The notes under the pieces are model-generated. The model saw nothing but the letters and a program-made list of their open reading frames with translations. It was not told the origin of the DNA and made no database searches. 55,350 nt of DNA from an uncultured Anaerolineales bacterium (GTDB lineage: Bacteria; Chloroflexota; Anaerolineae; B4-G1; SLSP01), in assembly GCA_964388385.1 (NCBI GenBank), contig CAYMAQ010000003.1:1-55350 (forward strand), given 5' to 3'. The position numbers were made by a program, and so were the translations under genes. How positions within the stretch are numbered: the stretch's first letter is position 1; each line of letters opens with the position of its first letter. Positions 8,604 through 18,585 of the stretch are shown in pieces.

Positions 8604-10001
8604 TTAACGATCCGGAGGGCCCTCATAATCATCCCCCAACACGATCGCGATATCATAATCGACCGCAGGATCTGATCGCTTGACGACGACGGTAGGGACC
8701 AAATCCAAGGACTTCAGGATCCTCGATAACGTCGCTGGTTTGTCGTGATAGGCAATAACCAGAGTGCTGGCATAATTCTGACGATCTGCATTGGCAACCT
8801 GGACCACATCGATACCCTCCTGCTCGAGATAGGTAGCCGTATTGCCCGCCAGTCCGGATCGTTCAGTGCCATTGAGTACAGCCACCGTCGCAATTTCAAC
8901 AGTCGGCGTCGGTAGCACCTCCGGTGTCTTCTCCTCCGGGGCCTCAATCGTTGGCTCCGAACGGAAGACATAATCACGCACCCCGCGCATCTTGTCGCGC
9001 AGCGGAACCAGTACCTGACCGCCCTCAGGTGTCACCCAGGATTGCGTACACGACTGATCGATCACGCCAAATCGAATAGTCTCCTGATCCACGGAAACGG
9101 CTATGTTCGCCAATGCAAGAATTTGATCCAATGCCAAATCCGTCTCAACCGAGCGTTTGAGAGTGTCATAGAGTTCCGGTGCTCCGCGAGCAAGATCTGG
9201 CAGCATCTCGTAGGAGGTAAGACGATCGAGGATTGCCATCATCACCTTCTGTTGGCGGTGCGCCCGATCAAAGTCGCTGCTGCCGTGCCGTGTCCTTGCA
9301 TACTTGAGCGCCATCTCCCCATTGAAATGATGCCAGCCTTGCTCGATATACAGTGGGTCGTAGCCATAGTGATGATCGGGATACGTAGGATCATCGATAA
9401 CCTTCTCAACGTAGATATCGACCCCACCAATCTGATCGACAAACGTTACGAACGCCTCAAAATTAACACGGATATAATAATCGACGGGCACACCCAAGTT
9501 ATACTCAATGGTCTCTACAGCCAGAGCGGGACCACCACCGGGATGATCATAAAGACCACCCAGAAAGTGTGCAGCGTTGATACGACGGTCCCCGTAGCCC
9601 GGTATGGGAACCCAAAGATCCCGGGGGATCGAGAGGACACCAGCCTGCTTGGTCTGTGGGTCCAGGGTCAACAGAATAATCGTATCTGTCCGCCAGGGCC
9701 CGGTCTCCTGGCTTCGTTCGTCCACACCGAGAAGAAGCACCGTAATCCGTTCCTCACCCACCCAGATAGGGAGGAGCTGCCCAAACGCGTAATCCACATT
9801 CTCGCTTGGCTCGCCTTTTTCCTCTCCAGCAGATACAACACCGGATCGGCTCAGATCACCTTTGAACCAGTTGAAGCCCAGGAAAGCAACGCCGCCTACG
9901 ATTGTCAAAAGGATAAAGATCAACACTCCCGTCGCGATCACAGGCAGCAAGCGCTTATGTCGACGTGCCGGATGCTTATTCACCATAGTGTATGATCCCA
10001 A
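8604..10001 (-). CDS. LCP (LytR-CpsA-Psr) family protein (tandem paralog)
   Basis: Same motif set (LLLGVDER, RTDTIILLTLDP, GVLSIPRDLWVPIPGY, RINAAHFLG). Colinear with 7145..8551. Confidence 0.85.
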   Translation of the reverse strand: MGSYTMVNKHPARRHKRLLPVIATGVLIFILLTIVGGVAFLGFNWFKGDLSRSGVVSAGEEKGEPSENVDYAFGQLLPIWVGEERITVLLLGVDERSQETGPWRTDTIILLTLDPQTKQAGVLSIPRDLWVPIPGYGDRRINAAHFLGGLYDHPGGGPALAVETIEYNLGVPVDYYIRVNFEAFVTFVDQIGGVDIYVEKVIDDPTYPDHHYGYDPLYIEQGWHHFNGEMALKYARTRHGSSDFDRAHRQQKVMMAILDRLTSYEMLPDLARGAPELYDTLKRSVETDLALDQILALANIAVSVDQETIRFGVIDQSCTQSWVTPEGGQVLVPLRDKMRGVRDYVFRSEPTIEAPEEKTPEVLPTPTVEIATVAVLNGTERSGLAGNTATYLEQEGIDVVQVANADRQNYASTLVIAYHDKPATLSRILKSLDLVPTVVVKRSDPAVDYDIAIVLGDDYEGPPDR

Positions 10002-10079
10002 TTCCTTATAACTAACGGTTGACCGGTCACAAATTCACTCATACGGAGTCAATTATACCATGCCAAACCGAGAAGAAAT

Positions 10080-11255
10080 TTATCCCTTTTCCGGAACTCT
10101 ATCCATCAAAGCCATCATCGATGCTTCCCAACGATCAATCGCAGACTCGAGGTCGTATTGAGTCTTAACAAAAGCTCGCCCAGCCTGTCCGATCCGCTCC
10201 CTCGTGCTTGAATCCTTGAGTAGGGAGAGAACCGCGTCAGCAAAAGGCTGGGGATGATCCGCAATAATAAGATGCTCACCCGGTACGGCGCGGAGACCGT
10301 GATTACAGACGGTGGTAGCCACAACCGGCACCCCCATCGCCATCGCATCCATCACTTTTTGAAGTAGTCCCCCCGCCACTAGCAGGGGAGAGACAAAGAT
10401 CGTCGCCGCACGATACCACGAAGCCAGGTCTTCCACAAATCCCGTCACCGTCACACCCTCCCCGGATCGGGCTCGTAACGCATCCGGTGGATTGGAACCG
10501 ACGACAATAAAACGAGCATCGGGTTCTGATTCATGAATCAGAGGCCAAATCCTATCCAAGAACCAGGTCACGCCAGCGATGTTGTGAGCGCGCGACATCG
10601 CCCCCACAAATAACAGATTCGGTCCATCCTCTATGGCTGGGGTGACGTCTCTTTCTGGGCTCAATTCCGGCGTCAGGGGCACCATGAGAAGGCGCGAGGG
10701 CTCAACAAAGGGCGCCAGCAGCGCGCGATCTCCCTCGGAGATCGCCAGCGTCAGATCATAATGCCTGCAAAGCCAGGGCTCAAATCGCCGAAAAAACCGG
10801 TGACGGCTCACATCTATCAATCGGCCGAGCCCTCTGGCTCGCAGCAAACGCTGCTCTTGAAGATACCAATTGACATCCTGAGTCCGGTACGAGTTCGGCG
10901 GTCGATCGAGTCCCAGAAGAATCGCAGCCGTCTGGGTCGTCTCCACGTGCAGGAAATCAGGATCCACCTCTCTCAACGTCCGTTTCACTGCGCGTCGAAA
11001 CGCCGCGTAACTCAGTGACACAGCGAAGGGTTGAAGCTCTCGTCGCGAATGATGATGCCGAACGGTCACCACACGTTCACAAATAGCGTCAACACTCGGA
11101 AGGTGACGGCGTTCTTCCTTCCGAATGCGCGACACCAACGTAAGCTTGTGACCGCGCCGGTGAAGCGACGCCATCAATTTGAAAAGCGACTCCCCCCCGG
11201 CGTGTCCGACCGAGGGGGCAGGAAATTGTTTGTACGCGATCAGAATATGCGCCAT
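10080..11255 (-). CDS. Glycosyltransferase family 4 (GT-B, group 1)
   Basis: 391 aa. The C-terminal half carries the GT1/GT4-type nucleotide-sugar-binding pattern (FVSPLLVAGGLLQKVMDAMAMGVPVVAT). Confidence 0.75.
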   Translation of the reverse strand: MAHILIAYKQFPAPSVGHAGGESLFKLMASLHRRGHKLTLVSRIRKEERRHLPSVDAICERVVTVRHHHSRRELQPFAVSLSYAAFRRAVKRTLREVDPDFLHVETTQTAAILLGLDRPPNSYRTQDVNWYLQEQRLLRARGLGRLIDVSRHRFFRRFEPWLCRHYDLTLAISEGDRALLAPFVEPSRLLMVPLTPELSPERDVTPAIEDGPNLLFVGAMSRAHNIAGVTWFLDRIWPLIHESEPDARFIVVGSNPPDALRARSGEGVTVTGFVEDLASWYRAATIFVSPLLVAGGLLQKVMDAMAMGVPVVATTVCNHGLRAVPGEHLIIADHPQPFADAVLSLLKDSSTRERIGQAGRAFVKTQYDLESAIDRWEASMMALMDRVPEKG

Positions 11256-11317
11256 AGAAAACCAGGGACCTCTCAGATCGGAGAGAGTTCTGTGATCTCG
11301 ATCAAGGTAGGCTACAC

Positions 11318-12967
11318 TTACACTGGCAGGGACTGAACGATAATCTCCGGACGGTTCTTGGCCTCCTGATAGAAGAAATCAGAGAGAGACCGCTCCACCA
11401 CCCTCTCCGCGGTTTCCATCGGGGTGCCGGGACTGACCCCCCGCATCGCACCATAGAGAACCTCCAGTGCCTCCGGAACCATCCGCGCCATCACCTCCTC
11501 AGCGACGATTGCGTGACCGGTGATGCGCGGCGTGCCCACAAACCGACCCTCATCCTCATCATACATAAACGCGACAGTGCAGACCCCGGTATTGGCGAGT
11601 TCCTCACGGCGGTTGATCACGTCGTCCCCAAGAGACTCACCCACCCAACTCCCATCCACAAAGATATAGCCGCCGGGTATCCGTTCGCCGATCTCCATCG
11701 TATCATCGGTAAACCGAAGGACGTACCCATTTTCCACGGCTGCGATGTTCTTGTCGGGCACACCCACCTCGCGGGCAAGCACGGCGTGCAGTTTGAGATG
11801 TCGCAACTCCCCATGGATCGGTACGAAGAACTTGGGGCGCAGAATGCTGATTAACGTTTTCTGCTCCTCCTGACTCGCATGTCCGGAAACGTGCACGGGA
11901 GCCACCGGATGATAAATCACGTTCGCGCCCCGTTGGAAAAGCCGGTTGATGACCTCATGGACCGCCTCTTCATTGCCGGGAATAGTATGGGATGAGAGCA
12001 CAATCGTATCGCCCGGTACCACACGTAGCCACGAGTGGCGCCCTTTCGCCAGCCGACCCATAATCGAGCGGGGTTCACCCTGGGAACCGGTCGCAATGAT
12101 CGTCACCTTGTCCGGCGGCAACTGATTGATCTCACCCAGCGAAACCATCAGATCCGAGGGCACGTCGAGATATCCCAGGCGCCGCGCCATCCTCACGTTC
12201 TTGACCATAGACGTACCGGCGACCGCCACCTTCCGACCCGCTGCCTGCGCAGTATCCATCACCTGCTGAATACGGGAGATCAGCGAAGCGAAGGTCGCCA
12301 CAATCACGCGTCCCTTGGCAGGTCGAAAGACATCGCTCAAGGTCGCGTTGAGCGACTGCTCGGAGAGCGTAGTCCCCGGATGATCGGCGTTGGTGCTGTC
12401 CGAAAGTAACGCTAACACGCCTCGCTGGCTAAACTCCGCCAGTTTCGCGATATCGGTAGGCCATTCATCCACCGGGGTATGATCAAACTTGAAGTCACCG
12501 CTGTGCACAATCAACCCGTGGGGCGTGGTAATCCCCAAACCCACAGTGTCCGGGATACTGTGACAGACGTGATACGGCTCGACCGTGAAAGGTCCCAGAT
12601 GAATCTCATCGCCCGGCTGAAGGGTCTGTAACTTCACCCGTTTGAGGAGATCCTGGCGCAGGTTGACCTCGATCAGACCCCGCGTCAATCGTGTCGCATA
12701 AACCGGCGCGTTGAAATCCTCGAGAAAATGGCGCAGCGCTCCGATGTGATCCATATGCCCGTGGGTGATGACAATCCCCCGGATACGATCCTCTTTGCCT
12801 TCCAGGTAACGATAGTCGGGAATGATGTAGTCCACGCCGGGCATATCCCCCTCCGGGAACATCATTCCACAATCAATGATCATGATGTTGCGCCCATACT
12901 CCAGGGCCATCATATTCTTACCGACTTCCCCCAATCCGCCCAGGGGAATGATTTGCAGCTTCTCCAT
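11318..12967 (-). CDS. rnj: Ribonuclease J
   Basis: 549 aa. KLQIIPLGGLGEVGKNM N-terminus, HGHMDHIG beta-lactamase motif, beta-CASP-length architecture. Confidence 0.9.
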   Translation of the reverse strand: MEKLQIIPLGGLGEVGKNMMALEYGRNIMIIDCGMMFPEGDMPGVDYIIPDYRYLEGKEDRIRGIVITHGHMDHIGALRHFLEDFNAPVYATRLTRGLIEVNLRQDLLKRVKLQTLQPGDEIHLGPFTVEPYHVCHSIPDTVGLGITTPHGLIVHSGDFKFDHTPVDEWPTDIAKLAEFSQRGVLALLSDSTNADHPGTTLSEQSLNATLSDVFRPAKGRVIVATFASLISRIQQVMDTAQAAGRKVAVAGTSMVKNVRMARRLGYLDVPSDLMVSLGEINQLPPDKVTIIATGSQGEPRSIMGRLAKGRHSWLRVVPGDTIVLSSHTIPGNEEAVHEVINRLFQRGANVIYHPVAPVHVSGHASQEEQKTLISILRPKFFVPIHGELRHLKLHAVLAREVGVPDKNIAAVENGYVLRFTDDTMEIGERIPGGYIFVDGSWVGESLGDDVINRREELANTGVCTVAFMYDEDEGRFVGTPRITGHAIVAEEVMARMVPEALEVLYGAMRGVSPGTPMETAERVVERSLSDFFYQEAKNRPEIIVQSLPV

Positions 12968-13155
12968 AATCCTACTTTCAGTATTTTGATAACAGAACGA
13001 TCACAAAACGCGCTACCGTTGAATCTGTAGCGTGGGTGGCAGTTAGAATTTGGAGATATCGTAACATATTGCAGGTGACTGTCAAACTATTAACCGTCCT
13101 GCGGAAGCTGCATCTCATTCCTGTCGTTAGCAGCGGATGACCCGTGCCTACTCAG

Positions 13156-13410
13156 TCACTGAGAGCCCGAGTTATCTTGTGATTCGGTAGGGATGTCGGG
13201 GGCGGGGGCGGTCAAGACCTGCACTGAATCGGTCCGTTCATCCAGAAACCGATAAAGCGCTGGCAGATCGGCAAACCCCCGCCGTTCGGTGCTATACGGA
13301 TCTTCCAGCACAACCCGCCAGACCGAGCCCTCTGCAGTCTCCACCCGCCACAACCGTATCAGATAAGCCAGATACGGGGATACCATTGGCGCGTCCTCCT
13401 GTTTATCCAT
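13156..13410 (-). CDS. Small hypothetical protein
   Basis: 84 aa counted from the ATG preceded by AAGGAGG. The upstream 19 codons of the ORF-track call lie in repeat copy B. No recognised domain. Confidence 0.5.
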   Translation of the reverse strand: MDKQEDAPMVSPYLAYLIRLWRVETAEGSVWRVVLEDPYSTERRGFADLPALYRFLDERTDSVQVLTAPAPDIPTESQDNSGSQ

Positions 13411-13447
13411 AAAGGCCTCCTTACGATCGAGAGCGAAACGCGACCGG

Positions 13448-13541
13448 CAGATCCGAACACAAATCACTAAACGTTTCCGTGATACCTATGACAACGCAGA
13501 AGCGCTTGAGTTGTTCATGATCAGACCCATAACACACATAA
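13448..13541. repeat. Intergenic repeat family, copy B (hairpin 13472-13479 / 13497-13504)
   Basis: CAGATCCGAACACAAATCAC..CGTTTCCG[loop]CAGAAGCG..TCATGATCAGACCCATAA. Colinear with copy A. Confidence 0.8.
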
Positions 13542-13657
13542 CGTTACGATGCCATACTGATAGCCATATCCACACCCACCGCCAAAGAGCAGCAAAAAAT
13601 CTGCCACAGAAAAGATACCTCAGTCTACAAGATGACCGTAGTGAAAACGTAGAGTAA

Positions 13658-13686
13658 TTGAGAATCCGACCGGGCTGTGCTATAGT
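13658..13686 (+). promoter_or_regulatory. Sigma70-like promoter upstream of the SARP-STAND regulator
   Basis: TTGAGA, 17-nt spacer, TATAGT. It lies about 120 nt upstream of the ATG at 13807. Confidence 0.5.
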
Positions 13687-13806
13687 AAGGATAAAGACAC
13701 GTCTAAAATCAGTTAGACGAAGCGGAATCGACCGATCACGTGCATATCTGGCCGAGGGACGCAAACGTGACAGAGTCACCGATCATCCAAGAGCTGCGAG
13801 GAGCAG

Positions 13807-16800
13807 ATGGACGCGAACATCAAGATGTTCTTGCTGGGACCCTTCCGGGCAGAACGCGCCGGGAAGACATTGACAGACTTCAAATCCAACAAGGTCCGTG
13901 CGCTGCTGGCTTACCTTGCTGTCGAACACCAGCATGCGCACCATCGTGACGTGCTGGCGGATCTCCTCTGGCCCCACTCATCCAACAGTTCTGCCTTGGC
14001 CCTCCTGCGTGATGCGCTCTCCAACATCCGCTTGCTCCTCGATGACCGAGAAGCGGAGACCCCTTGCATCGACATCGTCGAGGATACGCTGCAATTTCAC
14101 CACCACGAGGACACTTGGTTGGACATCGTTGAATTTACAGCGCTGACGGACACCAACGCCGACGCGAGAATTTTGAAGCGCGCTGTGGCGCTCTGTCGGG
14201 GAGAGTTCATGGAAGGCTTCTCCCTCTCGGACAACCTCGACTTCGAAGCATGGCTGCTGCGCCAACGTGAGGGATATCGCCACGCTATCCAACAGACCCT
14301 ATACAAACTCACTACGCATCACTTACAGGATGATAACTACCCAGCGGCACAGGCGACCGCCCGGCACCAAGTACAGCTCGATGCCTACGCTGAGGAAGCG
14401 CACCGACAGCTGCTGCGGGCACTCGCGCTGGATGGACAGCGCAACCAGGCCCTGACGCATTACGCCGACTACTGTGACTTGCTAGACAAGGAGATCGGCG
14501 TCAATCCGGACATCCGCACGACCGCCCTTTATCAACGCATTTGTGATCACCGGTTGAGTCCGGGGCAAATGACCGGTTACACCGATTCCGCCAGCCCAGC
14601 ACCCGATGCTTTTGCCGATATGCCCCCCTTCGTAGGTCGTGAAGCGGAACTGGCTCGGCTCGAAGAGAATATGTGGGAGGCACAGCGCGGGCAGGGACAG
14701 GTGCTGCTGATCACGGGTGAGGCAGGCAGCGGAAAAACGTCGCTGATTCAGACCTTCATCCGACGCTGTGTCGCGGGGACGCCGGGTACCGTCGCCGTCT
14801 GGGGCGCGAGTAACGCACAGGTGGGCGATGGCGATCCTTATCTCCCCTTCCGTGAGATGCTACGTTTATTGACCGGTGACTTTGACGTACAGACGCTGCC
14901 TGGCAGTCTTACGCCCGCGCTGGCTCAGCAACTGGAAGCACTGACCCCCACGGTCACTGTGGCCCTGCAGAGGTTCGGACCGGATCTACTCAATAGTCTC
15001 TTACCCACAGACAAGGAGCTCGTACCTCCCACTAACCGGACTGGACCCCGAACGCCGCCGCTGCCGGCAGCGCTCTGCGATCAAATCGAGCGCGTCTTTC
15101 ACGCCGTCGCTCGACGCTGCACCCTTGTGTTAGTTATCGACGATCTGCACTGGGTCGACAGCGGCACCCTCAACCTGCTGGCGCACCTCGGTAGACGCTT
15201 GCGCGGTAGCCGCATTTTGCTCCTCCTCAGCTATCGGACCGCCGATGCCACCCCCACGCTGACCCGGACTCTCTATGAATTGCAGCGGTACTGGGGTGAT
15301 ATCACCTTGGATCTGGACCACATCGCCGGACGTGACTTCGTCGACGCAGTTTTGGATAGCACACCGAACGCGCTCGACCCAACCTTCCGGGAGCAGTTGT
15401 ACCGGCAGACCAACGGTCATGCGCTGTTCACGGTTGCGCTGATCCAACAACTGCAGACAGAAGGCACATTGGCACGCAACGCTGCCGGAGAGTGGACGGT
15501 GCCGGAAAAGCTGGATTGGCACTACCTGCCGCCTCAGGTGGAAGCTGTGATCGCCGCACGGATAGCCAAGTTACCGGAGGAGACACAAACACTGCTGACG
15601 GTGGCTAGCGTGGAGGGCGAGACCTTTACCGCCGAAGTGGTTGCCCGGGCGCTAGGGCTCCCCTCCGACACCGTGCAACGTGCCTTGAGTGGACCGTTGC
15701 TCACGGTGCATTTGGTCGCGGCACAGGGCCTGGAGCGCGCTGGAAGCCAACGCATCGCGCGATATCGCTTCCATCATAGCCTCTTCCAACAGTATCTCTA
15801 CGATCGGCTCGACCCGGTGCAGCATGCCCGATATCACGAGGCGGTAGGTCGCGCCCTAGAGACCCTCTACGCTGACCAACCAGAGGCAGCGATGCGCTTG
15901 GCCTATCACTTCGAAGCAGCAGGATTGCTTGAAGAGGCCGTGGCCTATCTAGCGCGGGCCGGCAGATACGCCTATCGGCTCTCGGCCCCGGCGGAGGCGA
16001 TCAACCTCTACCGCCGCGGCCTGGCGCTGCTGGAACAGCTGCCGGAATCCGATGCCCGCGACCGACAGGAGTTAGCCTTACAGATGGGGCTCAATATGCC
16101 ATTGTTCGCCGCGCAGGGCTGGGGCGCACCGGAACGGGTCACCGCCCTGAATCGCGCCTACACGCTGGCTCGCCGCCTGGATGCGACGCCCCAGATGTTG
16201 CCTGTCCTGCGCGCGCTGGCCGACGTGAACACGGCCCGGGCCAAGCACCGGCAAGCACTGACCTACGCAGAGCGGCTCTCGGCATTGAACCGACAGGTTG
16301 GCGACGACGTGTATGAAGTGCTGAGCCATCGTATCATAGGCATCTCGCATTTCTTCCTGGGGCACTATCAGGAAGCCCGCATGTATCTGGAAAAGGGCAT
16401 CGCTTGTTACGATGCATTGCTACAAACAACGTCCGATCCGGCGGCGCTCCCGGATATCGAAGAGACGGTCTTCCTGTGGGCGTGGCTGCCGCTTGTCCTC
16501 TTCGCACTCGGTTATCCTGAACAAGCGATCGTGTGCAGCCGCCAAGCCCTGGAGCGCGTCCGGGACAACGGTCACGTCCATGCCCGAGCCAAGATGCTGA
16601 CGGTGGCAGGTGCAACGTTTTCTGCCACCATTCGGCAGCCGCAAGCCGCACTTCGTTATGCTGACGAGTTACTGACGCTGGCTACGGATTACCATCTACC
16701 GGCGTTTAAGGGCTGGGCTGTCTTTTACCGGGGCTGGAGCCGTGCAGCACTGGGACAAAAACCCGAGGGACTGGCGGAGATGGTAACGGGATGGGAGCAG

Positions 16801-17226
16801 TTGCGCGCGACGGGTACCGAAGCCAGCCTCGCGTACCTCTTCACGTTGTTGACCGAGGTATATGCCGAGGCCGACGACCCCCGACGCAGCGCTGAGGTCC
16901 TGACGCGGGCATTTCATTTGGCGGAAGAGGCTGACGCGCACGCCTACCTGGCGGAGATATACCGGATGCAAGGCAAACATTGTATGGCAGCGGGCGAGGA
17001 AGCCGAGCCCTGGTTCCTCAAAGCCATCGACATAGCACAAAGGCAAGGCGCTAAGCTATGGGAACTACGGGCCACAGTCAGTCTGGCCCATCTATGGCGG
17101 GATCAGGGGCGCGAAAAAGAAGCCTACGAACAGCTTTCCGCTGTCTATGATTGGTTTACCGAAGGCTTTGATAGGCCCGATCTGGTCAGGGCCAAATCCC
17201 TTTTAAACGCGCTCGAGTGGAGTTGA
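13807..17226 (+). CDS. SARP/BTAD-family transcriptional regulator fused to AAA/STAND ATPase and TPR repeats
   Basis: N-terminal OmpR-type winged helix (FLLGPFRAERAGKTL...KVRALLAYLAV), a BTAD region, the P-loop ITGEAGSGKTSL and a long TPR-like C-terminus. 1139 aa. Confidence 0.85.
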   Translation: MDANIKMFLLGPFRAERAGKTLTDFKSNKVRALLAYLAVEHQHAHHRDVLADLLWPHSSNSSALALLRDALSNIRLLLDDREAETPCIDIVEDTLQFHHHEDTWLDIVEFTALTDTNADARILKRAVALCRGEFMEGFSLSDNLDFEAWLLRQREGYRHAIQQTLYKLTTHHLQDDNYPAAQATARHQVQLDAYAEEAHRQLLRALALDGQRNQALTHYADYCDLLDKEIGVNPDIRTTALYQRICDHRLSPGQMTGYTDSASPAPDAFADMPPFVGREAELARLEENMWEAQRGQGQVLLITGEAGSGKTSLIQTFIRRCVAGTPGTVAVWGASNAQVGDGDPYLPFREMLRLLTGDFDVQTLPGSLTPALAQQLEALTPTVTVALQRFGPDLLNSLLPTDKELVPPTNRTGPRTPPLPAALCDQIERVFHAVARRCTLVLVIDDLHWVDSGTLNLLAHLGRRLRGSRILLLLSYRTADATPTLTRTLYELQRYWGDITLDLDHIAGRDFVDAVLDSTPNALDPTFREQLYRQTNGHALFTVALIQQLQTEGTLARNAAGEWTVPEKLDWHYLPPQVEAVIAARIAKLPEETQTLLTVASVEGETFTAEVVARALGLPSDTVQRALSGPLLTVHLVAAQGLERAGSQRIARYRFHHSLFQQYLYDRLDPVQHARYHEAVGRALETLYADQPEAAMRLAYHFEAAGLLEEAVAYLARAGRYAYRLSAPAEAINLYRRGLALLEQLPESDARDRQELALQMGLNMPLFAAQGWGAPERVTALNRAYTLARRLDATPQMLPVLRALADVNTARAKHRQALTYAERLSALNRQVGDDVYEVLSHRIIGISHFFLGHYQEARMYLEKGIACYDALLQTTSDPAALPDIEETVFLWAWLPLVLFALGYPEQAIVCSRQALERVRDNGHVHARAKMLTVAGATFSATIRQPQAALRYADELLTLATDYHLPAFKGWAVFYRGWSRAALGQKPEGLAEMVTGWEQLRATGTEASLAYLFTLLTEVYAEADDPRRSAEVLTRAFHLAEEADAHAYLAEIYRMQGKHCMAAGEEAEPWFLKAIDIAQRQGAKLWELRATVSLAHLWRDQGREKEAYEQLSAVYDWFTEGFDRPDLVRAKSLLNALEWS

Positions 17227-17250
17227 CACATTCTTACGACGTGGTATACT
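17223..17250 (+). promoter_or_regulatory. Sigma70 promoter of tRNA-Glu
   Basis: TTGACA, 16-nt spacer, TATACT with an extended -10 TG (TGGTATACT). It ends 13 nt before the tRNA 5' end. The -35 element overlaps the stop codon of the regulator gene. Confidence 0.65.
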
Positions 17251-17262
17251 CCTTTTTGTCAG

Positions 17263-17337
17263 GCCCCCATCGTCTAGCCTGGTCTAGGACACAGGCCTTT
17301 CAAGCCTGGTACATGGGTTCGAATCCCGTTGGGGGTA
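17263..17337 (+). tRNA. tRNA-Glu (anticodon UUC)
   Basis: GCCCCCATCGTCTAG... cloverleaf. Anticodon loop CTTTCAA, T-loop GGTTCGAATCC, 7-bp acceptor stem. CCA is not encoded. Confidence 0.9.
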
Positions 17338-17344
17338 TGAGTTG

Positions 17345-17372
17345 AAAGCCCACCTTTCGGTGGGCTTTTTGC
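17345..17372 (+). terminator. Rho-independent terminator after tRNA-Glu
   Basis: AGCCCACC-TTTC-GGTGGGCT followed by a TTTTT run. It also lies just beyond the 3' end of the convergent nurA-like gene. Confidence 0.75.
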
Positions 17373-17391
17373 TTTGGGGCCCTGAGGAGCA

Positions 17392-18582
17392 TCACACCCG
17401 TCGTCCCACCTTACTCACAGCCTTGCGGCTGAACCGCAGCCCCAGACCCTGCTGCTCGGCGAACGCCTGGAACACGCGGTAGAATCGCTCGCGGTCCCGG
17501 AGTGTAATCACCGCCACAGCATCCGCGGTCTCCACCGCGTAGGGATAGCCGTTCCCCACCACACACTCGGCACGCACGATATCCACCACCCGATCCAGAA
17601 TCCCCACGTCCAACACCCACCGCGGGATGTCCAGCCGCACGGGCGGACGATCCGCCGTTGTCTGCAGGTAGACGAGAACGACGCGATCGTAGTATTTACG
17701 GCCCCCGACCGGCTCCAGGTCGTCGTTGCGCGCGCAGACCCATGCCGTGGAACGATCGCCCCATTGCATATGCCGGGAGCGCAAAATCGCCCCGTCGCTG
17801 ATCCGATCCGAGATCGACCGTCCGGTCAAAGCATCGAGCATTGAAACCAGATCGTTGGCATAGCTTGTGTCCACGTAGCCCACCAGCGGAATTCCGATAT
17901 CCTCCGAGGCATCCAACAACGAGAGGATAGCGCCAACGTACAATCGCTGTCGCGCGGGCTGCATCTGTTGCGCAAAGGAGAGAATCAGAGACCCATCGAA
18001 GAAACAGACCGGCCTTTCATCCAGGGGAGAGCCGCGGTAGCCCTCCATCAGGTCAATCAATCGCTCACATTCACCGGTGAACCGCCGTAAGTTAACCCGC
18101 CAATCGGGAAAGTCCATATTCCCAGCGTCCTCGTCGCTCAACTCATCCGGCGCGAGAACCTCGAAGACCAGATCCTTCACATAATCTGCACCCGGATCGT
18201 GGGGATTGATAAACCAGCCGATCTGGACGGCCCCCACCGGGATAGAAAGCGTCTTCGTGGGCGTAATCTGCGAGCCATCGACCGCAACGGTAGGGATGCC
18301 CAGTAACGTCTCCCGCGCCCAATCGCGGGCCTGCTGGTGGCTCTCCCAATCGTGAGCGAAGGGTACGACCAGGTCGGGATACGCATCGTGCTCGAAGGTA
18401 GGCTTGGCGCCCGGCCATACGACACCTGCCAGCGCAGCCTCGATCTCCTCACAACTCAACCCCTCCAAGGTTTCCAGAGCCGACTGATAGGCCAAGAGTA
18501 CATCCCGGATGCGAGCTTCGTACCCGGAAAAACGATCCGCTTTGGCGGCCAACGCCGCCAGTACCCGCTGCTGATGGAACAT
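17392..18582 (-). CDS. NurA-like nuclease (putative)
   Basis: 396 aa. Two DGS motifs typical of the NurA domain (TVAVDGSQI and CFFDGSLIL). The start lies 4 nt after the sbcC stop. Confidence 0.55.
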   Translation of the reverse strand: MFHQQRVLAALAAKADRFSGYEARIRDVLLAYQSALETLEGLSCEEIEAALAGVVWPGAKPTFEHDAYPDLVVPFAHDWESHQQARDWARETLLGIPTVAVDGSQITPTKTLSIPVGAVQIGWFINPHDPGADYVKDLVFEVLAPDELSDEDAGNMDFPDWRVNLRRFTGECERLIDLMEGYRGSPLDERPVCFFDGSLILSFAQQMQPARQRLYVGAILSLLDASEDIGIPLVGYVDTSYANDLVSMLDALTGRSISDRISDGAILRSRHMQWGDRSTAWVCARNDDLEPVGGRKYYDRVVLVYLQTTADRPPVRLDIPRWVLDVGILDRVVDIVRAECVVGNGYPYAVETADAVAVITLRDRERFYRVFQAFAEQQGLGLRFSRKAVSKVGRRV

Positions 18583-18585
18583 AGA

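Noticed and set aside
11262-11305. CAGATCGGAGAGAGTTCTGTGATCTCGATC, between GT4 and rnj, as a sixth repeat copy.
   Set aside because: Only the CAGATC and TTCTGTGAT fragments match. There is no complementary 3' stem arm and no tail, so it is too weak to call.
13486-13779. ORF 13486..13779(-), and the N-terminal extensions of 2673..3329 and 13156..3467-type calls (13156..13467) that both begin M(F/I)(Y/C)VRIC.
   Set aside because: The shared VRIC peptide is simply the translation of the conserved 5' box of the intergenic repeat (CAGATCCGxAC). Downstream ATG codons with GGAGG ribosome-binding sites give better starts. ORF 13486..13779 overlaps the repeat and a plus-strand promoter and has no ribosome-binding site.
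17223-17372. tRNA-Glu as an integration site of a genomic island or prophage.
   Set aside because: There is no integrase, no phage or conjugation genes and no direct repeat of the tRNA 3' end in the window. The only repeat (7125-7145) matches the promoter/leader, not an att-like 3' segment.
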